Source of the DNA: Takakia lepidozioides
Taxonomy: Eukaryota > Plantae > Bryophyta
Assembly (NCBI GenBank): GCA_030704615.1
Contig: CM060732.1
Location: 68,386,001 to 68,450,000 of the forward strand
Direction of reading: 5' to 3'
DNA: 64,000 nucleotides
Position numbers and translations under genes: made by a program. Positions 27,399 through 39,300 of the stretch are shown one piece after another (position 1 is the stretch's first letter; each line of letters opens with the position of its first letter). The notes under the pieces are model-generated. The model ran no database searches. It was given only the letters and a program-made list of their open reading frames with translations, and had not been told where the DNA came from.

Positions 27399-28597
27399 TG
27401 TATCATGGGGGTGTTTCCTATTTGTATTCCTTCCCGTATTCATGTTAGCTAGTTACCTTACTGTTGGTATTTAAGTATCAGATTGCTTCAGCAATCTATC
27501 GGATTCCATCAACTCATCCATTCATTCCACGGCTTCACTCAGATCTCTCTACACAGTGTGAGTATGAAGTATGAATCAGATTAATATCTATCAAGTATCA
27601 GGCTGAAGCCATGAAGTCTCTAATCTGTTCTACATTACAACTCTACTGCTTGCATTCATCAAGCATCAACAGATCGTTCCCCTCCTACTCCGTGCTCTCC
27701 CTCTTTCTACTCAAAGATGCACTCTCCGCTTCATTTCCCCCCAGTGATGTCCGAAGTCCTCCAAGAAGCGATCCTCTCCCCCAGAAGTGATCCCCCGAGA
27801 TGTCCCCGCTTCCCGCTTTATCTCTTTACTAGCCATTCTAACCGCTTTCCTAACTAACCGTTATTCTGTAGTACACGTTCCTTTTTCAGATGTCGTTCCC
27901 CCATAATCGTTCCCTGCCAATGGTAACTGTTCCCCAGCTGTGCCGAGCTGTGACTGGCTGTATCAGGCTGTGGCGGGCTGTGACTGGCTGTGTCGGGCTG
28001 TGTAGGGCTGTGCAAAGCTGTGGCGGCTGTGTCGGGTTGTGACGGGCTGTGTTGGACTCTGATGGACTGTGTCGGGCTGTGTCGGGCTGTGTCGAGCTGT
28101 GACTGGCTGTGCGACTATGTCGGGTTGTGTCGGCTGTGTTAAGCTGTGACTGGCTGTGTGACTGTGCGAAGCTGTGCCGGGTGTGTTGGCTGTGACTGGC
28201 TATGTCGGGCTGTGTAGGGCTGTGCGAAGCTGTGGCGGCTGTGTCGGGCTGTGTAGGGCTGTGCGAAGTTGTGGCGGCTGTGTCGGGCTGTGACGGGCTG
28301 TGTTGGACTGTGATGGACTGTGTCGGGCTGTGTCGGGCTGTGTCGAGCTGTAACTGGCTATGCGACTGTGTCGGGCTGTGTCGGCTGTGTTAAGCTGTGA
28401 CTGGCTGTGTGACTATGCGAAGCTGTGCCGGGTGTGTTGGCTGTGACGGGCTGTGTTGACTGTGACTGGCTGTGTTGGCTGTGTCGAGCTGTGATGGACT
28501 GTGTTGGGCTGTGTATCTCCCCCCTTAAAGCCTGTTGTTGTCACCCTTAAGGCTCATGTTGGTCTCAGTCTGTGTAAAAAATTAAGGGTACCCCACA
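27399..28597 (-). repeat. Putative 5' LTR of the minus-strand gypsy element
   Basis: TG...CA ends (TGTATCATGGGG ... TACCCCACA) and adjacent CCA at 27395-27397. No partner LTR is seen, so the right boundary is uncertain. Confidence 0.5.
27937..28513. repeat. GGCTGTG(T/A)C 9-10-bp minisatellite with a ~250-bp higher-order duplication
   Basis: Directly visible; GTTGGACT.TGATGGACTG at ~28051 and ~28302. Confidence 0.95.
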
Positions 28598-29949
28598 GAT
28601 CCCGTAAAAGCGTCTAAGTCCCAAGCAGCCCTCTAACAGTAGTTGGCGTTGAGGGCCTCAATATTGCTTTGGACAGTCAGAACTCTGTTGGAGCAAGCAG
28701 TTCTGCAGCTGTAGGTGAAATACCAAAGTGGGTGAAAGCTAGGCTTGGAACACAGCCAAAGACAGCCTCGAGGACCAAGGTGTTTAGCCACAAGGCCGTG
28801 GTGTATTGGAGCAGAGGAGCAGGAGCTGCACAAGTTTTTGCAATCAAACGTGGTTGCAGCCAGACACGCTCTGCACGAGGCAACCACGAGCGGGGGTTCA
28901 TTAGCAATGAACAGTTTGTTCTGTTTGAAGTAGATGCAGTCATTCGCAACGAGGACACCCGCAACCGTCTCAAAGCTTTCGAGTTGAGAGACTGTCAGAC
29001 CCTACCTTTATTTTCTTTAGTATTCAGTGAGCGGGAGATAGGGGAGTATTGCTTTGTCTCTACCTGGCAGAAAGAGGAGGAGGGTTGGTTAGAGCGAGCT
29101 ACTGTAGCTTGGGATAAGGTTAGTGGCAGGTTTCTGGACATAGATATACCTCCCACACCTTACCATCATGCAGAGCGAGGCACTTTGAGAGAAGTCTGAC
29201 AGGTGATAGCATAGATCAGGATTAGATCTTGCTTGGTCGGGCCTCTATTCTTCCCCTCCCTCTCTTTACTATTTTCATTACTTTGTACTTGTAGTTGCCA
29301 AAGCCTCTCTTGGTGGAGGCCAGTCAGTCCGGGGTTTTTGGGCTGGGGTATTCTGCAGGAACAACACTGCAGAGGGATTTTGGTGTGGGGGTGTTGATGT
29401 TTTGGTTTCTTGTGTTTGGATCCCCCCCACACCTGCATGCTTGACTGTGCACCATGTTGGTTTTGTGTGGGCGCTTACTTTCATAGGGATTAGGCCAGAT
29501 TTGATCACCGGTCAATCCTAGAGTATACTGTCGGTGGTGAGGCTGGAGTGATGACCAGCAAGACCACCAGTGTTTCCTCTATGGTGAGGCTGGGTTGATG
29601 ACCAGCCAACCATAGGAGTTCTTGCGGTGGATGCAGGTGCAGGTGCCCTTAGCCACTAGGATATGACCCTTAATCCGCAACAGGTGCTCACCCGTGTCAC
29701 TATTAGAATTAGTACTAGAGCCTTATAGTGTTACATGGGGGAGGTGCGGGTTGTGAGTGTCATCACGGAGTCACCCAAGGGTTTTGAGGGGAGTACGGCT
29801 ACACGCGGTAGCAGTGAGAGTGGGTTCACAAGACGAGGTGCTCGGTTCAGACCATCTTCATCTCCACCCTGAACTAGTGCAGAGTCTGACACAGACTCGG
29901 AGGCTTCATCAACAGGTGTGCAGTTTCCTTCGCCATTGTTGTGGGACGA

Positions 29950-31284
29950 CATGGAGGAGATGTATGGAGCTACCAAGGGGCCTCGTAGGTACTCTGGAGC
30001 TGTGGGCATAATCGAGCTGGATGACTTTATCCAGGAGTTTGACAGCTGGTGTGATTTGCAGTAGATGCGCAATGAACAACCCCATTCATGGCGTGGAAGG
30101 GACTGTTCCAGCATTTTGAAGGCTCGCATATGGACGATTACCACGAGTTCAGGCAAGGACATGAAGCAGAGATTTGAGGAGTGGAGGATGTATTGGTCAC
30201 CTGATTACGTTTCCATTACTCGAGGCACGACGCAACCAATAGCTGCATCAGCACCAATATCTCCCACTGCCAGCACTAGTAGTGGAACAAGTAGTGTCGG
30301 TACTTCTGCAGGTGGTACCAGTTCAAAAGGTGCTACTACTCCTTCTGCCACAACTACAACACATGTGCCTAGATTCAACCCGGTGGTGGAGTTCTTCCAG
30401 GAGTTGCGGACGAACTACCAAGGCGTACGGACAGAGAAGCTTCGAAGTTTGCAAGACTTCCAGCGCAAATCCAGTGAGAGCTTGCGAGAGGCCTACACTC
30501 GTATGAGGCGCTTGATAAGTGTGACCCAAGGGTTACTAAAGCTTAGGCAATCCAGTTCTGGTATGGAATTTTGGACAAGGAGCTCAGGAGAAGGGTGCGG
30601 GATGCAACCCTGTTACAAGCGGCCCAACCCATATTAGCAGATGTGTTTCTGCTGGCTGAGCGGATTGAGTTCAACATGGTGGAAGAGCGAGTTGTTACCA
30701 TTGGATTTGGCAAGGACATGCCTGCACGAGGTGCAGCTGCCAGCCAACAGGCACAAGGGACTGCCCAACAGTGTGGTCAGGGGGGCAAGGTTGCCCAACC
30801 CAAATTCCATGGAGCTTACAGGGGACCTCAGGTGCAGAGGCCAGTAGCATCTTTTGCAGGCCAACAGCAACCAGGGGTGGTATGTTGGACATGTGGAGAA
30901 CCCCATGTCAAGAAAGATTGCCCAGAGAGTGGCAAAGGGTCGGCACAAACACAGCTTGCACAGTTGCAATGTGGGCATTGTGGCAAGTATGGGCATGGAG
31001 ATGCCCAGTGTTATGACTTGCACCCTGAGTTGCGGCGAGGCCAGTTCCAAGGGAACAATGGTGGCCGAGGGCGAGGTGGAGCACCTCAGAGAGGACAAGG
31101 TGGTGAGGCACGAGGTGCAGGACAAGGGCAAGCACAGTATGGCCAAGGACGCGGAGGCCAGGGCGTTGACCAAGGTATGGCCAACCGGCTTCAGCAGCTA
31201 GAGCAAAGGTTTGCTGCCATGGCCACAGCTCAAGTGGTACCAGCTCCAAGACCTGAGGGTCCACCTCCTGTTTCTCCTCAGTAG
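29950..31284 (+). pseudogene. gag with two zinc knuckles
   Basis: ELDDFIQEFDSWC, ESLREAYTRMRRL, CWTCGEPHVKKDC and CGHCGKYGHGDAQC; stops and frameshifts present. Confidence 0.85.
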
Positions 31285-31899
31285 CGTCATCCTGACGGAG
31301 GAGACATGGGAGGCATGGGATTTATGTGTGGGGCAGCACTACCACTAGTGCAGGTGGAGTCTGCTACAGCCGTCACTCGAGGAGCAGCACGAGTTCCTGA
31401 GCCACGAGGTGCAGAGGTGGAGTTGGATCCACAGCGTGGGGAGGCAAGCCGTAAGGCTAGGTTGCCTCAATCATTCATCTTGGCGGAGACAGGGTCGACA
31501 ACATCCATGGCACCTAGTTCTCGCCCGATAGATACTGAAGCAGAGGCCGTTATTGTGCCATTGGGAAGAGCTACACGTGCAGCACTGACACCTGCTGCCA
31601 AGGCTAGTGCAGCCAGTGTGTTGTTGGGGGCGGCCACCTCTGTGTGTCAGGCCCCACTGTTCTCGGCAACCATGATTGCGATGCCGGGGGTAAGACCAGC
31701 TGCAATGTTCAGACTAGCAGCAACACTCTGTGAGAGTGGGGAGGTCACTTCATCTTCTGCGGAGTTAGTGGAAGGTGTAGTGACAAAGGGATCCTCGGAT
31801 TTGAGGGTCAAGACTGTCACGGCTGCGCCATGGCAAGCTGCAGCTGCCAGGTTGACGGAGCTGCCAGCTAGGCCAGCCTTTGAGCGCGCCATGATGACA

Positions 31900-32300
31900 C
31901 CTGATGTTGTCTTGTTAGACAACCAGGATGACATTTTCTCTTTGAGTGGACCGGCAGGCAAGAGGTACCGGCCACTGCGGGTCTTGTTGGACTCGGGAGC
32001 TCAGCCACTGATGTTGGGCAAAGTCGGTATTGCAGGTTTGGGCCTCATAGAGGCGGATATGTAGCCTTGTCCCTTACAGATACAGACATCTCTGGGAGGA
32101 TCAGAGCAGGCTCGAGGCATGACACGGTGCGAGTTGGCCATTAGACTACAGCCGGATCATCCTATAGATGGCTCAGTGATGCGAGCCAAGGCCATTGTGA
32201 CAGACACAGTCTCTTACGATATCCTCATTGGTGGGCAGTGTTGTATCCCATGGGCTTCATCCTGGATTTTTGGGAGGAGTCAGCATCCTACAGGCCTGGA
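31900..32300 (+). pseudogene. Retroviral-type aspartic protease
   Basis: VLLDSGAQ active site and YDILIGG; stop at 32062 and a frameshift at ~32235. Confidence 0.85.
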
Positions 32301-32699
32301 TGGCAGTCAGGGGATGGTCGTCGTGTACAGCTCCATGTGACATTCATTGGGGGTGTTGCTGCTGCCCAGCGGGGCAAGATGCCAACACTAGCAGCCTTCA
32401 CAACTGCAGTTAGTTGGCCTGGAGAGTTGCTGGAGGGCAATGCCCATGCAGAGGATGTGCCACCTCCAGCAGAGCAGGATGACATGCATGGTACAGCGGA
32501 GTTGCCTGCCATGGTTGCTCACACTCCATTGTGGGGTACGAGCAAGGATTTGCAGCAGGTTGCTGATAGACGTGTGCAACAAGCCTGGGTAGATGCCTTT
32601 GTACCGTCAGGAGAGGAGGAGAGTGCGGTGATTGCACCAGAACCACCTCAGTTGTCGCCATTGGACACCATACCTCTTGTATGGCAGTGCCCGGATGAA

Positions 32700-32926
32700 G
32701 GCATATGTCTTCTGGACTTGTTTGGCGGGATCAGCACTGGATTGGCTGCAGTGTTGCAGGCAGGTGTACGAGTTCGACGTTACTTGTATGTGGAGAGGGA
32801 TGAGACTGCACGACGCGTCTCACTGCGCCATGTTGCTCAGTTGGTACAGCAGTACCCTGATTTGTTGCCAGTGTCTGCAGTTCGTGGATACCAGCAAGCC
32901 TTGCCAGCAGACATCTCTTTGCTGGG
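32700..32926 (+). CDS. C5 cytosine methyltransferase (DNMT3-like), N-terminal part, motifs I-III
   Basis: LLDLFGGISTG (motif I), YLYVERD (II), ADISLL (III); cut by the MULE at the TSD. Confidence 0.9.
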
Positions 32927-32980
32927 GGGGGCTGCTATTTCATGAGCCATGAGCCATGAGCGGCATGAGCCATGAGCAGA
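32927..32980. repeat. Left TIR with tandem CATGAGC 7-mers
   Basis: CTATTTCATGAGCCATGAGCCATGAGCGGCATGAGCCATGAGC, inverted relative to 48275-48347. Confidence 0.9.
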
Positions 32981-33389
32981 GTCGTAAGTGTGGAAAAAAA
33001 CATGAGCAGCACTATTTTCCGGAAATGAGTGTCCGCGGGAATAGGGTTTAGGGTGCCACGGTCATAGGGGGAGAAGGACCTCCCGATGAAGGAGGTTCGG
33101 CAATGTTATTTAGAATTATATATTGAAAGGCAATGTTTCGCGAATGGTAGGGTGGTACTGCTCTGTACAATGGGGGCCCATTTCAGCCTACCAGCCATTT
33201 GCAAAATTCACCCACACTCCCAATCCCAAACGAAATGAGCAATGACGCATTCTCGGAACGATGGACACAGAATAGAATAAAAAGAGGGCACAATGAGGTT
33301 TTTATTGATCCACATGAATTGCATTTGAAGCACGTCTACTGTGCTGATTGTGCCATCAAATCTTGAGCCCTGTGCCTACTGAATACAAG

Positions 33390-33953
33390 TCACGTTGTCA
33401 ATGGGACTTCGACTGCTCTCAGAACTAGCTCATGAGTCATGGGGCTCCTCCATGTAAAGTCGATTGCAGCCGTTGTACCGCCCCTAGTGATGTTCACCAC
33501 AATGTCCTGCCCTTCAATCATACCACCATCGAATATGGAAATCTTCACGTTTTCGTCGTCCACACCAATGCGAATGTCCCCATACAATGGAGAAGAGGAG
33601 CGCACTCCTCGAGGAGAATAGGTCTCTCCGATGGAGTCCACCCACGTCCAGTGGCAGCAGTTCCACCGCAACAGCATAGCAGTGCGCCTTCTTCTGCATG
33701 GGTGACCGTCGTAACTGGGAAAATCGGAATCGAGGATGCGCAGGAGCCACGGACTCCTCAGACCAAGATCGTCACCCCGCTCGAAGGCGTAGTGGCCTAC
33801 GATATACTCAAAAGCCACCAATGTTTCCACAATCGAACCAGTATCTTCTGTGTAATCTGTGTACCAGATAACAATGTCTCCCGATGTGGCCGAATACATT
33901 GCATAATCGATGCCTCCAAAGGGGCAGTCGTCCCGGTTCCGGAAGCACGGCAT
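33390..33953 (-). CDS. Orphan cargo protein A (187 aa), paralogue of 34504-35082
   Basis: Intact ORF starting MPCFRNRDDCP; alignable end to end with protein B. Confidence 0.75.
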   Translation of the reverse strand: MPCFRNRDDCPFGGIDYAMYSATSGDIVIWYTDYTEDTGSIVETLVAFEYIVGHYAFERGDDLGLRSPWLLRILDSDFPSYDGHPCRRRRTAMLLRWNCCHWTWVDSIGETYSPRGVRSSSPLYGDIRIGVDDENVKISIFDGGMIEGQDIVVNITRGGTTAAIDFTWRSPMTHELVLRAVEVPLTT

Positions 33954-34503
33954 CCTTGCAAAGGAGGACCTGAGGACGACTTGGATGTCGATGACCTTGC
34001 GGACAGCTACGAAGCCCTTAGATTTTGGAAATGATACGAAGCGGAAGAGCAGTCCGGCCTCCAATAATGGAGCATCTGGGTCACACGTACCCACCGACGG
34101 AGGTGGAACGTGTTCATCACGGCAGCGGTGGATGAAGCCATACATCTTTCTCATCAACAAGTTATAGTTTGAGATCTGCCACCGAAGTCCATCCCCCCGG
34201 ATGGAAATTCGGCGCCGCATTTACATCGAAGAGGGGATGGACTTCGTCGTGTCCAGTGGCTATCGGCCCACCTGGCAGTGACTGCCCATAGTTTGCATGG
34301 CAGGGTAGGAAACAGAAACGGCTACATTTATGCAGCAGCCAATCTTCATCGGTCCAGGATCCTGTAGGGGGGAAATTTAAATGTGCCCTAGAGTGTTTGT
34401 GAGGAATTGCAGCGTTAGCTTGAACTTTTTCCAGCCACCGCGCTGCTCCTCCTCCATCCGGGAGCTGCTGTCATTGAGCGTACTCCGCTACTCTTTTTCA
34501 AGG

Positions 34504-35082
34504 ATGCCGTGCCGCCGAAATCCAGCCGACTGCCCTTATCATGGCCACGATTATGCTATGTTCAAACCAGAATCAGGAGACATCATTGTCTGGCTCTCCG
34601 TTTTCACAGACGCTGCTGGAATCAAGCAAGAGTCTTTGCGCGCAATGGAGTATCTGGAGGGCTATTACCGCTTTGAGCGAGGTGAGGGCGAGGGTCAATG
34701 CGGTCCGTGGGTCCTGAAAATTGTTGACCTCGATATACCAAGCTGGAAAGGGATGCCGGACAGATCACGCACGGCCTCGCTTTGGCGCTGGAACTGCTGC
34801 CAGTGGACCAGGGAGGACGGCACCGGGGAAAACTATATACGTGCAGATCACTCCGCTCTTCCAGTGTATGGAGACATTCGGCTTCGTTGCGAAGACGAAT
34901 CGCACGGGCACATGAGGCCCACAGTGACCTTGTCAATGTATGATGGTGGTATCATTGATGGACATGACATTGTCGTCGGCTCCAGCAAGGGCAGCAGAAC
35001 GACCGAATTGCAGTTTACCTCGAGGTGCCGCAGCAGTGATGAGCTTGTTTTGAGGGGTATCGAAGTTCCGTCGACTTGGTGA
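34504..35082 (+). CDS. Orphan cargo protein B (192 aa)
   Basis: Starts MPCRRNPADCP; shares DYAM, SGDI, FERG, RWNCC.W, YGDIR, DGG.I.G.DIVV and ELVLR..EVP with protein A. Confidence 0.75.
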   Translation: MPCRRNPADCPYHGHDYAMFKPESGDIIVWLSVFTDAAGIKQESLRAMEYLEGYYRFERGEGEGQCGPWVLKIVDLDIPSWKGMPDRSRTASLWRWNCCQWTREDGTGENYIRADHSALPVYGDIRLRCEDESHGHMRPTVTLSMYDGGIIDGHDIVVGSSKGSRTTELQFTSRCRSSDELVLRGIEVPSTW

Positions 35083-35337
35083 AGCCCATGTAGAAGGAGG
35101 AAGGGCTTAGTTTTGTCTGCAGTTGGTAAATGTGAGACATCGTGTCTGATCAATAAACCATCGTACCTCACTTCTGTATGATTGTGTTTCATTGTGTTGA
35201 ATAACTGTCGGAATTGGCCCACTGTTTACAATTTGATGTCTCATTTCTACAATGTGTCTGTCCGGATGAATATAGCAGAGTAACCGTTATGTGAGTGATG
35301 TGTCAAGATATACCAGAGTAACGCCATGTCGGACATT

Positions 35338-36130
35338 GAAATGCGGCACCGCATTTCCATGTCGGCATCGAAATGCGGCGCCGCATTACCATGTCGGCAT
35401 CGAAATGCGGCGCCGCATTTCCATGTCGGGATCGAAATGCGGCACCGCATTTCCATGTCCGACAAGAAATGCGGTGCATCATTTCCGTCCAGGTACACGA
35501 AATACCAACACGGGTCTATAAATTGATCAGAAAACGAGGTTGGCATTGCAAATGCGGCGACGCATTTCCAGCTTGGCAATGGAAACTTCTTTTTGGACAA
35601 GGGAATGCGGTGCCGCATTTCCGTACAACACTTCGAAAAGTGTGACATTTCCGACCAGCGCGATGGAATGCGTTACCGCATTTCCGAGAGAGGGTCTGCA
35701 AATGGACAAATTGCGATGTCCGTTCTGGAAATGCGGCGCCGCATTCCATGTCCGTCATCGACTTTTTTTTTACAATGGAATGCGGTGCCAATTTTTTGCT
35801 GATGGGCCTGCAGTTCGAACAACGACCATCCCCAATACTGAAATGCGGCACCGCATTTTCAATCCGCCATCTCGACCTCCTTGTTCGACCTCGTTGTTCG
35901 ACCTTGTAAGCGTGGTGGCATCCATGCAATGAGCGGGAGAGGCCAAAACTGGCGTGTGGACAAAGGAAATTTTGGAAATGCGGCACCGCATTTCCAATTC
36001 AGATTACTTTTTACTATGCCAACATTGAAATGGAAAATTTAGTCCCTCCCCTGTTTTGGAAATGCGGTGCCGCATTTCCAAAAGAGGTTCTTAGAGTTCC
36101 CCTGTTTGGAAATGCGGTGCCCCATTTCTG
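35338..36130. repeat. Palindrome array 1 (~14 copies of GAAATGCGGYRCCGCATTTC)
   Basis: Copies at 35338, 35370, 35402, 35434 and 35466 (32-bp period), then ~35549, 35602, 35665, 35728, 35777, 35840, 35975, 36059 and 36109. Confidence 0.95.
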
Positions 36131-36314
36131 ATTTTGGGAGCGTCGTGGTTTGGACGATTGTGTGGCTGGAATGCACACTGGAGAGGGGTCACGAATGTCG
36201 GGCAGAATTTCCTTTATATACTCTGGAAGAGAATTTACATTTACAGAGACTTCATTAAAATTCTATTAATCTTGAAAATCATCCGAATCCTCATCCTGTT
36301 CTAGACTGTCCTGC

Positions 36315-39300
36315 TCATCCTCCACCCCTCAGTGCCTTCTCATCTCCAGCGGACTGCTCGTTGGCCAGGCTTTCGAAAATCCCATCTTCCCCTTGCGGAA
36401 CTGTCCATCTCACCTCCGTTGGGTCGTCTTCCTCCCTGTCTGCGTCGCTCTCATCCGCTGAATCACATATGTACTTTCGTACCCGTCTACCTGTCTGAGC
36501 TGCTGCCAACTCTTTCCTTATCCTTCTGTCCTCCCTAGCCCTCTCCAAAATCTGCTCTACTTTACTGGGATTCTCACTTCTTCTAATCGCTGTATTTGCG
36601 AGTTTAGCTGCATAACTAGGAAGGGAGTAGTCCCTCACCGGGCTCGTCATGAAAGTCGGCCCTCGCAAAGAACGGGACATTCTTCCTGGCAGGAAGTGTA
36701 GGCCCTACATGTTTCGACCCGGACCCTGCAATCCTGCACATGACAATCATCAACGAGACTAATGAGAACCACAGTCGGGAAATTCGTTTGACATAAATGA
36801 CCCAGAAGGCTTTGCAAACTTACAATGTTTGCACTCACTCGTATTCCGGGTTCTCCTCCGCATCAATGTCCACTGTGTCTTCCTCGGACTCCGACGAATC
36901 CGAGGAGACTTCCGCTCTGTCGGGAGCCTTCACATTCCGTTGCAGCCCTCCAGATGGGATCCCCACACGGATGAATCCTCTCGTAGGCAAAGAGGTGCCG
37001 GTCGGAAAACCGCCCAGCCCACATTGAGGCACCTGTTACAATGCCATCCACACATTACACATGGCGCTTCAGATGTTGCGAACTACATCCTAACGAGAAT
37101 TTGCAGAACAGCATAGATCAAGATTCTGCATACCTGTCCCACAGATGAGGTCGAGCACTGTGCCCTCCACGTCTGTGCATGTCTCCATAATTGTCTGAAT
37201 GAAGGCAGGGCTCCGAGTCCGTGAGTACCGCAGGGGTTCTTGAAGTGAGGCTATGAGGGAGAAGTTCCTTGGGAACGTTGTTGAACAGAACGTCGTAATC
37301 GAGTGGGTCGCAGTTCGGGTCAACCTTTCCTCCCTCCTTCCGGAAAGCAAAGGTGGAGTTCTCCTTCACAAAGCAGTATGCATCGAACTGCTTCGTCTGC
37401 ATACACAGGGGAAAACGATTAGAAACCGAATGCGGCACCGCATTTGAAAACACCCAAGCAAATGAATGGACGAGTGCCAGTGTCGTAATCACCTTCTTCC
37501 CTTCCGACCGAAAGGCCCAGTGTGTTGATGCACGTCCACTTCTTTTTCAGAATCGGGACGGCGCTCTTGCGGGTCCACTTCGCAATTCCTGTCTGAGTGT
37601 TTTTTCCTCTGCTCGCCAGGACAACCACACAGCCTCTGTCGTCCAACACCATGCGGGCAAGCCCGAATCCTTTCTTCCAAAAGTCCTCCGAGTACCTGTT
37701 CCAAGATGGCAAAGCTTGCAGTCCTTCCACAGGCTCTCCGTCCGGAATATCCAAGATGATCATATCGCAAGACCACTCGGTGGCATTCCGCCCCTCCTAC
37801 AATCCTTGTCTGCACACACCCTCTCAAAGAACGAGACCATATTCTGAAATCCTGGGGTGTCGGAAGGCTCTTCGGCAGTCGCCTTCTTCAGTGCTCTGCC
37901 CTTCAGACCCTCCATGGTCTTCATGTATGCCAACTTGGCTGCCCGTCCATCCAAAGCCGCCAAGAAACTCTCATTTACACACTGGACTACAGTTTCGGGA
38001 GCCACTTTCGGCCTCTTCATTTCCACCGGCTCGAAAGGGTGCCCCCCTGGGGGGTTGAAGAGTGCCTTCTTTGCCGAGCCAGTTCTCGTGCCTCTCGTGA
38101 CAACGGTGGGCACAGGGGAGGCAGCCTGCGTTTGGGGGGGTGGGCTGGTTGCAAAGTCTCCATCGGAGTCCTCTTCCTCACCCTCTTCCTGAACAGGCTG
38201 TTTCTGCTTCTTCGTTTTGGCGGGTGTCACAACAGCTGCTCCTTGCTGGCGAGTCCTCTTCTTCGACCCCTTCTGTTGGGCCTGCACAGCTGCATCCACC
38301 GTCTTTTGTGCCATCTCAGCTGCCTTTCTGGATTCTTCCAGAGCAGCAGATTCCTTTGCCGACTTTGGCCCAGCAGGGACACGTCTTTCCTTTCTCTTCT
38401 CTTCTGCCAAGGCGTGCAGATCTTTCTCAGACTCGTCAACAATACCGCCAGACATGTCCAGGTACCACGGGCATCCAACGAGATGCGCGGGATGCCATTG
38501 TTTCTGCATCTCGGGTGTGTAGACACAGCTTGGGCCCGCCACGGTCCAAGCCATGAAGAACGGGGGCTCTTGAGCCAGGGCCCCTGTCTGAAGGAGCACG
38601 TATTTCATATACCTGCAAGGCAGTCAGCATGCGTGAGCAAAAGTTGAGACCAACCTACTGGCAGAGTGCCACCAAAAACATAAAATGCGAATGCGGTGCC
38701 GCATTTCCGAGACAAACCTCGTAACCAGGCTTCGCATACAAGGGCAGCTGTGCTTCACCTGTAAACAATTCGCATTGCAGCTTTCCCGCTCCCTCCTGAT
38801 GTGTAAACTCCACGCTCCTTCTTGCTGTCTGTAGCTCTCTGGCGAAAAGGTTGTCCTTGTACGCACATCTGAAACGTGTCACGTAGTCTTCCAATGTCTG
38901 TGTTCCATCCCATTTGACGTACAAGCCGAACGAATTTGTGTGCATTACGACTTGCTCCTTCGCATTCGACATTACCTGCGATTCCCAAATGCATTGTCAC
39001 GTAGCAGTTCAGGGAATTCATGTCAGAAAAGCAAATCTGGGGAAGTACCTTGAATTACCTGGAACCACCAAGTCATACGGTTGAGCCACACATCCACTGC
39101 AGGGTCGGAAACTTCCAGTGGAAAAGACCACATTGTCCTTATGCTCTCGGATGCATTCCAGATCGACAGCCACCGTGTCTGCCATTTCCGATCCAATGTC
39201 AGGAGCTGGAAGAGAGTGGCTATTGCTAGGAAGGAACTTCAGTGCATTGAAACCTCACCTTCTCTTTCGCCTCCACACATGCCGTTGAGAGGTGATGCAG

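Larger units (their letters stand above)
22830..28597 (-). mobile_element. Decayed Ty3/gypsy LTR retrotransposon (extra ORF, gag, PR remnant, RT; 3' part deleted)
   Basis: RT (WLSPIVIVPKKNGKLRVCV..SFMDGFSGYNQ..MPFGLCNAP) at ~23070-23520; LLLGRPWL at ~24100; gag with two zinc knuckles at 24473-26668; LTR-like region 27399-28597 followed on the minus strand by a TGG start (putative PBS). Confidence 0.85.
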
